From: Polymyxa betae A26-41
Taxonomy: Eukaryota > Protista > Endomyxa: Phytomyxea
NCBI GenBank assembly: GCA_003693705.1
Contig: RBZT01000294.1
Span: 1-49,608 of the forward strand
DNA length: 49,608 nucleotides
Direction of reading: 5' to 3'
Both the position numbers and the translations under genes were made by a program. The notes under the pieces were generated by a model that saw only the letters and a program-made list of their open reading frames with translations, was not told the DNA's origin and ran no database searches. Positions 39,507 through 49,608 of the stretch are shown one piece after another; positions within the stretch are counted from its first letter, which is position 1; each line of letters starts with the position of its first letter.

Positions 39507-41286
39507 TCACAGGCTCTGTAGAACACGAAACACTTCCCGCGGATTCCGTCCGGACAGCGCACTAACATAGTTTTTAAAAGTGACCATATCATCGGGAATA
39601 TCGACAAGCCAGCCAGATTTCACCCAATGACCGATCACAGTGTTAATCTCGGCCGCAGAATAGATTGGCAACGTTACGATATCATTGGCATCATCGGATT
39701 CACGTTTCAGATGCGCAGTCGGCGGTACCGGAGCCCCCGTAGTCAGAGATGCGATGGTGACACCGTTAACAGGAGCGGACTCGTACAGGTCCATGAAACA
39801 GCGGATCAAGGCCAGGTTGGAAGCCGGGATGGGCTTTCCGGACTCCGGATCCCGATACGACGACGCACGCAGCCACACATTGTAACGATCGACAGCAACC
39901 ATGACGTGGCAGTCCGTAACAGCACGCAGTTCATCGAACACGTCGAAGATCACGTCGTCGGTGTCGGGCTTCTCGGCACCGTACTGGACCAAGTCACGCA
40001 GCGTCATCATCTCCTGGTGCGGTTTCCGCAGAGGCAATCGGGCCAGAACATCGCCTTGGTTGCGGAGAAGTTCACGGAGCCACTCTTGCTGCAGGTCGGG
40101 CTGCGTGAACAGCTGCGGATGCAGTCGGCTCGGGATGATGCGCTTTCCGGACTGTGGGAAGCGGTCGGCGTCCGGGACGAACACCGTGAGCCATTCGGGT
40201 CGGGAACGTGCCCAGGCTGTGACGTAGTTCAGGGCGGCGCTGCGTCCGGAGCCCGGAGTCGTTCCGCAAAATATGATGGTGGTGCCGGGGCGGTAACCGA
40301 CGCCGTCCAAGCCCAGAGCACGGCATTTCGACATGATACGGTAGGCGGCGGAACGGATTAGCATCTTCGGACTTTTAGTCAAAGCAAATTCGGACTTGAT
40401 TGTGCCAGCGAGGCCTTCAGGTAGAACAGTCGTGTTGAAGTCGAAGAAACGCCCGATGTCTTGTTCGGTATGCGCGTGAATGTCCGAATGTTCCGAATAG
40501 AGTGGCATGTTTGCGGCCGGTTCTTGTTCCGAAACTGCATCGCCACCTGGGCTTGTTACGTCTGTACATCATGGGCGTCATATTGAGCAGATAATGAATC
40601 AAACATAGATAGGACATCGAATGGCGATCAAAACGCGAAGTGTCAAACCAATGGAGCAAATTCCGGTTTTTTGAAAAATATTTAGTTTGGATAAATTTTA
40701 CACAAAAAAATGCAAAGAGAACAGGTCAGAAAAAGTTACCTTCAACAGCAGGTTGATTATGAGATAACGTCAGGGCGGACTCGGACGATACCCGCTTCTT
40801 ATCCAATTCGACATCCTGCAGGTGGCGGCCGATCTCCTGGAATCGCGGCACAGCCTCCGCCATGACCTGACGCCAGTCCTCATCCGAGGCCATGGCGGGT
40901 ATCTCCCCTGGCTGCAGCGTCTCTAGCTGCGTCGCCATGAACTGTTCTCGCAGTCTATAGAACAGGAGCTTATCGGACGAGTCCAAGCCTTCAACGACCG
41001 ATTCAAGCTCGGCGCGGGCGGCACCGTCGCCGCCTTCCGATTTCTCGAACAGATTGGATAGACGATAAAGCAGCGAGCCAGGCGGGTAAGGGTCAGAAAA
41101 GAGGTGGCCTCCTCGAAGGCGCTCCAAAATCGCTTCGGGTTCCTTGTCAGCGGCGGCGTCGCGCTTGTTCATGTGGCGGACGCGGGTGGCGCCATCCAGG
41201 TCGAGCTCGGTCCGGGCTGTGGTCGACAGACGGAACGTCCAGGCTCGGGCCCAGCGACGCCCGATGAACGCTCGTAGGAGCGTCAT
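39507..41286 (-). CDS. DAP3: Mitochondrial small-subunit ribosomal protein mS29/DAP3 (Rsm23), two exons, 533 aa
   Basis: Exons 41286-40740 and 40561-39507 join in frame (VE|DVTSP) across a 178-bp GT-AG intron. Arg-rich presequence, degenerate P-loop GTTPGSGRS, WLTVFVP, FTQP, VMVAVD and SGRNP motifs. Confidence 0.85.
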
Positions 41287-41293
41287 AGAGCGA

Positions 41294-41345
41294 GGAGATG
41301 GAGATGTGAGAGAGGAGATGGAGATGTGAGAGAGATGATGATGAT
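41294..41345. repeat. Two ~20-bp GA-rich tandem units plus (GAT)n upstream of DAP3
   Basis: GGAGATGGAGATGTGAGAGA occurs twice. Confidence 0.8.
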
Positions 41346-41658
41346 GGGGTCACGGGGTGCGCCCCAGGGGAGAAGGCCACGCACCCACCTCTTTTATATC
41401 GATAACTTGTCCACATATTACTGGTTTGGCGAATGAACCTTAAGTCAATGTAGAGTGAAGTACTCGGATACGGTATTGGAATAATTATTCTTATTCCAGA
41501 CTTATTTATTATATTCCCAGGTGCTGAAAGAAAAAGTTTTTTCCGAAGGCTGATCATGAGGAATAATTCCATTCCGCTGCAAACCGAGAGGAATAAATTA
41601 TTCATGAAGCATTTTCCAGGAAATAAATAGTGAATATTTATTTCGGCATCCCTGATTG

Positions 41659-41972
41659 CATGGGGAATCTCACATTGAAACTATACAAAAATTAGCCTGT
41701 GATATCGCGTTTCTCACAGACACAAAATGTCTTCACATCAAAAGGCAGAACAATTTGCTGCTAGAGACGATTCGCAACGCAATCCACCCTAATCAATCTG
41801 ATTCTCATCGATATAATATTTAGAGATTATAATCTAATCAGCAAACAATGCGCGCAGAATTGTTCTTTTCGCCTGGACCGCGCAAGTTTGGTAACGATTT
41901 GGGTGATCATGTTTGGCCGACCTCATACTGAGCCTATCTGAGTTCTTCGCTGCATTCAGTCTTGGGCCTTGT
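41659..41972 (+). pseudogene. Family relics: module 2 start fragment, then upstream block and deleted first exon
   Basis: ATGGGGAATCTCACA...CGCGTTTCTCACAGACACAAA, followed by AATCTGATTCTCATC...ATGTTTGGCCGA-CCTCATACTGAGCCTATCTGAGT. Confidence 0.7.
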
Positions 41973-42371
41973 AAAGTAGAGAGGATAGTAGACTACACCA
42001 CGACCCCAGGAAAACGGCTTCCCCCTGGAATCCAGTTTGAGCGTGTTCTTATTACTAAATTTTTGTGTACGACATTCTATTAAACTCCAGAATTGCAAAC
42101 ACATAGGTAGATGATACGATAGGCTGTGCGATCGAATATGAGAAAGAATACGTAAAAGGTATAACACTTTCGTCATTTTCAATGGACAAGATTTTCGCGA
42201 TCTAATACAGTTCCAAGATATAACCATAAAACGATTCATTGGATAGGGTATTTAGGTGCTGTAATCACAGCAGACAAAGAGAAAATTCGGCTTTCCTAGT
42301 TCAAACGACAAAAATTGTAAAAGAAATCTAACATGTCTGGGAAATTTCCGAATGCGGTCTAAAAAATATTC

Positions 42372-42648
42372 AAAACTGCGCCACTGTAGCATTCGCAGTT
42401 TTCAGATGAAAATTCCAAAGATGAGGTCCAGAGCGTCAACGCTTTGTGCCACCACCGCAATTTCATGTATTTCTAATCAGTAGTTGTGCCACCATCTTCG
42501 ACTACCCTATTAAATCTGATTCTCATCCTTAATACTCGCCAATTCTAATTTGTAAAAATTGCGTGCTGATTTGTGATTCGACAATCGACTTGACAGCCCA
42601 AGTTTCGCCATTCCGAAGTCCGAGGGTCAGACTCTCTTTTGCCTGGAA
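42372..42648 (+). promoter_or_regulatory. Conserved upstream block of the gene family
   Basis: AAA(C)TGCGC(G/C)ACTGTA...GCTTTGTGC(T/C)ACCAC...CATCTTC...AATCTGATT(C/G)TCAT...GC(G)CAAG recurs at ~10755-11019 and ~13047-13335, and partially at ~28640-28729 and ~41790-41908. Confidence 0.6.
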
Positions 42649-44382
42649 ATGTTCGGCCGTGCGATTCCCATCCTGATACTGAGCCTATCTGAGTGCTTGG
42701 CTGCATTCAGCCATAAACCTTGTAATGTTACATACTATCTGGAAGAGACTCCTGATAGAGTCTATCCTTTCGATCTCAATATCAGTATCTATCCTCCAGA
42801 TATTAATGTGAGTCTATATTCTCCAGATCTCACAGACACACGAGTAAGATTTCTGTAACAGGAAGAAGTCACATCTCTTCTACCTGATATTGGAACATTA
42901 TCAACATCAACATCTTTATTACATCATACAGATTATGTTCCAGCTCTACCTCCTATTCAGGAATCTATCAATGTAATGTTTCCTTATCAAGTCTAATGTC
43001 TTTGAAATCTCTGACATAGTCATAATCAGAAAAATGAACCAGTTGAAAATATCTCCCGGAAACGTCCTCGTATTGACGAGACATCATCGCCAACCGACCT
43101 TTTAGATCCCTTCAATCATAATGTGACTGATTTCAATGACTACAACAGTCTCTGCAAGTTTCTGGTGAATTTAAAGGAGTCCTTGTGTCTGGCTTATATT
43201 GACTGTAGATTAGCTCAAAGAGCAGTGTAATGACGAACTTCATTTTCTGTCTTCAAAGTCCGTTGGTGATGCAGATCAATGCTTCATGATCAACTGTCAA
43301 TTAGCTATCAATGTGAAAGGACATGATCTTGATCTGAGCGAGATCCAACGAATCCGTTCTGCTCAGAGCACATTACGAAAACTGATTCTGATTGCGAATC
43401 TGTATCGGAAATTGATCTGGGCGTCCCGGAAATATGAATGGACTTGGAAGAAGGTTGATGGGAGAATACAGACTTGGATGTATAAGGTGTGTCGTCCTGT
43501 ACTACGATGTGTTATGGAATGCTATCAGAAAGATCATCGGATGTTTCAGGGACTCTGGGGGAATCCCTTCAGTCATCGGATCCTCCGTAAAGAATGTTCC
43601 AGAGATGAATGTCGATCTAAAACTGTCAGCTGCCAATCAGTTGATGAATTTGGTCCGAGATGGCTCGTTCATCTCTATTGACACTCCTGATCTACAGAGC
43701 GACAATAATCCGCCCGTAAAACGGATGAAATTTTGTTCACCAGAACAGGATCCCGCTCTGCCTGTGTTTAGCGGGTTTCCTGCATTTCTGAGATTGTTTG
43801 ATTTTAGTGTGGAGAAGATCACAGACTACACTACTCTGTGTGCTTTTCTGGTGAGATTGATTCATATTAAATGGGGAATATCACTCTGAATCTGTAATTC
43901 AGAAAAAGCAGCCTGATGATGACGAGTACGCGTTTCTTACTGATACAAATATATTGTTCCCATCAAAAGGCAGAAAACACGCTGCAAAAGACCCCAAAAT
44001 TATCAAAGTTCTCGATGATCAGATCATATTGACAGAAACTTCGGAAATCTCAACTTCGGTTACCACGTTACAGAGGTTGATATTGGTGGCCAGTTTATGT
44101 CTAAAATTAGTTCGGGCCAAGATTACCGACCCGAACTTGCACCTGAGACGTGAACGCTGTATTGACTGGCTGAATCGAAAATGTTTCTCCGTTCTTTCAT
44201 GAGTTTCAATATGCTTTCAGAACGATCTTCGGTTCTTTCAATCTCGTTGGGGAAAAATCCGTTCCCTCATTCTATTTTGCGAAAGCTTTGTTCTAGGCAC
44301 AATGGCAAGAGTGATCAGTGCGGATATGAGTCTCTCATTGTCAGTGACCATGAGAAACTCTCTATCAATCACAGCTAGTTTG
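42649..44382 (+). pseudogene. Family copy 9 (signal peptide, modules 1-2, truncated by a LINE)
   Basis: MFGRAIPILILSLSECLAA start. Extra A at 43619-43622, TGA at ~44200 and an expanded A-run at ~44253. Confidence 0.85.
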
Positions 44383-44384
44383 TA

Positions 44385-46420
44385 AAGTGGTTACCGTGAT
44401 TAAAATCGAATTTCAAGAGAAGGATCGCATCCAGCCTGATAACATGACAATAAAAACTGCAGAATCTGTACGATATCTCTGGTCAGAGATGGCCACTTGC
44501 GCGAGGGTCGTTGACAAAATCAACAAACTAGTATATCCAATCCAATCGATTCAGAGATGGCCGCAAACAGAGCAAAGAACAATTCTACCTTCCTGATCCG
44601 AACTGGCAAAATTTGCATGCGAATCACAAGCAGATGTAAATCGATAAAAACAACTTCGTAAATACAGAATACCAAACAAAATCTTTCAGCACGCGCGTCA
44701 TGCCTTCATTTGTGGTATTTCATCTATCATATTCCATGGCTGGGAGGAGAAACATCAATAACGGGAACCATTCGCACATTAGAGATCGCATATAATGAGT
44801 TATGAGAACTCACACAGGCTGTATGAGATCTACCGCTCTCCCGCTGCTATATACAATATCACGATTCCCTCTTTCGGGAAATAGTATCAGACTCTGCTAT
44901 GAGCAGTAATAAAAGCTGAAGCACAAGGAAACCTTCTGGGAGAAGATTACCGATTATGGGATCTTCGAATGCAATATAGATTAATGGACGCCTTTCGGTA
45001 GAGACAGATTAGCGATCGAACATCGCAATAGAATATGACTCCAAAATCCACCCACAGGATATTATAGAATCTGATACTCTCGAAATATTGAGTCAACGTG
45101 AATAATGCTGTCTCGAAATATGAACATTTCAGGAGGAGATGCTCCAGATGTCTCGTTATATTGATTACAATATCGACATGTGTTTTCTTGTTCAATTTTG
45201 CATCTGATGGAGATGATCTCTACACCGAGTATGTCCGGATCATGCTCTGTGGGTGGTCGTGATATTCTCTGATTCGTATGGTGTGTTTCTCACGTTTCTG
45301 GGATGCGACCATTTGCGAATTTTTTCGCGCGATTACCTTTGATTAAGCTCGACCAATTGCGATGTTGAATCTTCCAAACAATACATGCACATTAACTGCA
45401 GCAACCATCACTATTAAAATCACTCAGGAAAATCAACAAATGCAAACATAGCACGAGTTGTCCGAACTAAAAAATTCTCCTTACAGTTCTGATGCAGCTA
45501 GACAGAGACAAAACACAATTTTAAAGTACTGACAGTCATGGATTAGCTGAAAATCAGAAAAAAAAACGATGTAGAAGCTGCCAACATGGATGAATTAACG
45601 CGAAACCAAATGAACAAATCCCTGAACATTGTAAAGCCTACCAAACAATAGAATGCAAGCCTAAAATGTTTGGACACCACCTTTAATGAGGGCAGTACGA
45701 TTACAGAACAAAACAAATCGAATTTCTCAGAAAATGTTCCGCCAAGCCTGGCCTGCATTCAAAGGAGGAATTTTAAACATTAACGCAGCATGGACTGGAG
45801 CGAACATCGTCATAACCAAGACGATACGACCATTGGAACTCGAATATAATGGATATATGAGAGCAAACTCTGAATGTATGAGTTACTCATACATACCACT
45901 TTTACTTGCAACGTCAAAATTCCCTTCACTGAAAGCCAAAATCATTACAGACTCGACATTAACAGTACTCATCGCAGAAGCTCAAGGCAATGTATTAGGC
46001 GAAGATTAGATGAAATGGAACGAACAAGGATGTACAGCAGATGGATGGACTCCTTTCGGGTTTGTTAGAAGAGCTGTAGAAGTTACCAATTCAGAGATAC
46101 ACATGTCTTTATCCACCCAAAGTATTGATAAAATCCCTTATACTGGAGCAACTTACCAAATATAAATTCCATTTTAGTTCCAGAGAAACACTACACAATC
46201 ACGAGAACGCGCAATTAATCCCCAGACATTTGGAAATTTCACTTTGGACAGATTGTAGTTTCAACAGAGACATTTCACCATCGGAGCACATAATATGTGG
46301 TGATGCCTTGATAATACGCATCTCTGACCCAGACTCTCACAGCTCTATTTTTGAACTTGAGATCCACTCCTCATTACAGATAGAAGACGTGACGTCACCA
46401 AATCGAATCATTATACGTTT
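44385..46420 (+). mobile_element. Two decayed LINE post-RT/RNase H fragments
   Basis: RISQKMF...YNGYMR...IPLL at 45716-45910 and a second copy at 44660-44950. Both are homologous to ORF 23-250. LWTDCS RNase H-like start at ~46240. Confidence 0.75.
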
Positions 46421-46989
46421 GCAACCGGCTGTTCTCAACAAGCTGCGCACAGCTGCTTGGATGCGCAATATTGTACAACTAATAGCCATAGATTTGAAAA
46501 CGGGTGTCGACCGCGACACGGCGCAACCATGATTCAGGCGATATGATGATCTGCCAAAATTTTATTAAAGGCGACTGAGCTAGCCTGAACCGCAAACACT
46601 CGAGCTAACAAAACCTTTAATACCAGTAATTTTTTGATTCTATCCGTTTGTCATTCGTAGAAACTATCAAGATTAAGACATAGACAAGGGGCAAACTTGT
46701 GCATTCCGACGCTTCAAACGCCTTGTGCATTCTTGGCCATCACATTCTTCATTATCAGTAGAGTCGAATGTAAGCTTGGAAGAAAGTGAAGTCGCACAAG
46801 CTGATGAATTAAAGGAATGATCTGTATTGATATAGGACAGTACGCGAAGGGCCTGGGCAGGGCAAGATCAAGGACTTGATCGACGGCACGAGATCGACGA
46901 TTTAACGTGACAATTCGTCACGTGATCATGTCTTGGTCAGAATCTTCACACTCGCCCTTGTCGTCGTGGAAGGCCTCTTGATCCGATTC

Positions 46990-49257
46990 CCCAAGTAAAA
47001 GTGCAGATTTTGTTGATGAAATTTATGGTTCCTAAAAATTTTGTGAGCGGGTCTGCAATCATATTTCTGGTTGAACATTTCTTGATTCGAACTGTGTTGA
47101 TTTTGATCATGTCGCGGATCTAATTGACACGAAGAGAGCGATATGTTTGGTGCGCGCAGGTGTACGATTGCCTTGAACCGGAGCAATGCATCAGGAATTG
47201 CCCCCATAGATGTCGATTGCATGTTGAGGGTTCTTTAAGCACATATCATCGAGCAAGCTAGAAAGCCACGCTGCATCCTTTGCGGCTTCACATAAGGTGT
47301 TGCATTCAGCCTCAGTGGTGGACAATGCGGTGATTTTCTGAAGTCTCGATGACCAGCATATCGGGCCGTTCGTAAAGAAAACCCATCCGGATGTTGATTT
47401 GGAGTCGGCCAGCTCGCTCGCAAAATCCGAATCGCAGTAACAGTATATGGACTTGGATCGGAAATCTCGGAAGACAATGCCTCGACTTGTTGTTCCGCTG
47501 AGATAACGTAATATCCGCTTAATCTTGCATACGTCGAGAGAAGTTGGATTTGAAATATTTCTTGCAGCTGCGTGGACCGCTTGAGCAATATCCGGCCTAG
47601 TGGAATTGCTGATATAGAGGAGGCTGTCGACGGCTTCTCTGTATGGAAACGAGACATCTTCAGTTTGTTCTGGGGTTTCGGACTGCTTCGACTTCAGTGA
47701 TGATGTCTTGACAGGATTGGAACCTGCCATGTTGAAGTGGTCTAGACGTCGCTCAACATATGCCTGCTGTGTGACTGTTACACGCCCACGAGTGCAATCG
47801 TGTGTGACCTGCCATCCGAGAATTCTCTTGGCCTCTCCCAGGAACTTAAATTTTAGGTTGTGGGAGATTGATGATTCAAATTCGGTAACGTTACTTTCAG
47901 TCTTGGATGCGATAAGCAGATCGTCCACGTACTATATAAGTGTAAATTCGGACTTCACGGACATTTTGAAGAGCAGACATGTAATGATTTCTCGAATCCT
48001 GAACGCACCATTTTTCTGACATTAGTCCAAGCAATATTCGAAGTGTTGTACTCGACGCAACTGGTTAGAATGTATCGTCATAATCGACTCCGTATCGTTG
48101 GCTAAATACTTGTTCTACTAGGCGGACCTTGTAGCTTTCAATATTGCCTTTATCGTCGAGTTTAGCCTTGAAGACCAATTTAGACTTGATGGGCGTCCGT
48201 CCAGCTTGAAGTTTTGCCAGCGTCCATGTTTTTGTTTTCGAGTAATGAGATAAATTTGCTGTCCATTACTGAGTTCCCACTGCTCATGATCGTGTCGTGA
48301 AATTGCGTCCTTATGAAGAACGTTCGAGTACCGCATTAATTTGATGGTTGCGAGTACGTCCGTTCCCTTTACGCATCATTCGTTCCATATGTTCTCTTTC
48401 CTGCATCTCTTGAAAGCGCGGGGCCTGTTTACGAATTCGTGTTAGGGTTCTGGTTTCCATAGTAGCTGCCTCTGGTAAAGTTGAGAGTTGCTCTTCAGAC
48501 ATAGGGTCCGTTTCGTGGTTATGGTTGTTTGGGGGAGAGGTCGCGATGGAAGATACTGGATCGTCTGAAGTTTGTAACGTTTCGGTAGTCTCATCGTTAA
48601 TGTTACTCGTATCAATGCGGAAAAATCCTCGTCTTCGGATATCTCATATTCCAATGGATCCGCCATCGGCTCACTGCTATGATGATTTTCAGGTTGATTT
48701 TGAACGATGGAGGACCATGAACGTTCAGTGATATTATCTTCGAAATAATTTCCTAGATGCGCTTATGCGGCTTGAGGTTCTAATCAAAGGTCGCGTCACG
48801 TGTGGGGAAAATTCTTCCCGTACTGTCCTCTTGGACTATTTAACCCTTCTGTGATCGAAGATAACCCAGAAACGTGCAGAAGGAAGTTTGTACGTCGAAC
48901 TTGCGTCTTTTTTGGTCCGGAATATGAGCAAAGGCTCTGCAGCCGAATGTCCGTACGTGTGATCAGTCTAAAATCACGCCGAAGAACAGTTCGTAAGGCG
49001 TGCGGCCTTTGTTCGCTGAAGATGGTATGCGGTTGGTGATATGCACGGCAGTGGCCATGGCCTGACCCCATGAATCGGTTTAGAAGTCCCGCATGGAGCA
49101 TCATTGTGCGAGCTCTGTCCGTTAACGTGCGATTCATGCGTTCCGCCACACCATTTTGCTGCGGAGTATATGGAATCGATCTCTGTAGCCGGATCCCTCT
49201 GAACGTTAACATCTTGCGAATGTATTGGGATGTGAATTCGGCCGCATTATCCGTTTG
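46990..49257 (-). mobile_element. Ty1/Copia LTR retrotransposon, degenerate
   Basis: Integrase PYTPQQNGVAERMNRTL precedes RT (YVDDLL, YREAV.SLLY, TRPDI) and RNase H (CDSDFA, KSTSGW, ALSTTEAE), which is the Copia domain order. Confidence 0.95.
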
Positions 49258-49608
49258 TGTTAGGATCGAGTAAAAAGTCCCCTCTTATTGGTTAGATAAA
49301 CGGTGCGATGACTCGGGAGCAGAGGGTAGGACGCGGGGGACCGGTGTCCTGCAACGGAGCGACGCCAGGGAGTCCTCGGAGGCGGAGCGGCGGGGCACGG
49401 AGTGGAGCGGAGAGAGGGTCGGAGTGGAGCGGTGAGGGGATCGTAGTGGAGCGTAGGAAGGACGTACGGAGCGGTGCCGGTGAGACGGAGGCGGAGCGGA
49501 GACGAAGGTCGGAGGGGAGTCGGAGGTGAGGCGAGGCGAGAGAACGAAGCAATAGAGAGTCGGAGACGAGATGAGAAACGTATGAATTTTGGAGTTGATC
49601 GGAATGGT
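49258..49608. mobile_element. Probable LTR of a second element nested in the Copia integrase
   Basis: Integrase homology stops abruptly at TGTTAGGATCG. Purine-rich CGGAG(C/T)GG repeats follow and run off the window. Confidence 0.6.

Noticed and set aside
39627-40361. 244-aa plus-strand ORF
   Set aside because: Antisense shadow of DAP3 with no recognisable motifs.
46540-46990. 3' LTR of the Copia element
   Set aside because: The position is plausible, but there are no clear TG...CA ends or polypurine tract and no second LTR in the window for comparison.

Overview
Eukaryotic, transposon-rich window with short GT-AG introns (~45-60 bp). It is probably from a protist, possibly a phytomyxid/SAR parasite, but that is inference only. 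About a dozen full, broken or relic copies of one unrecognised multi-exon gene family dominate the window. A hand-spliced model of the best copy (28730-30815) gives a ~605-aa protein: signal peptide, basic NLS-like motifs and 2-3 tandem Cys/His modules. All five introns are phase 0, and a hypervariable segment sits at the same position in modules 1 and 2. The copies are mosaics of one another and are interleaved with decayed RNase H-type LINEs, a Gypsy and a Copia element, solo LTRs, a Mutator-like TIR element and a TA-flanked MITE. Small GC-richer islands carry tRNA-His, histone H4, a Tim9-like gene, an 89-aa type-I membrane protein missed by the ORF track, and DAP3/mS29. Other oddities are a strand-biased GTTAC array (4820-6188), a multi-hairpin LINE leader (30886-31051) and a B-box-like motif in LINE 3' tails.
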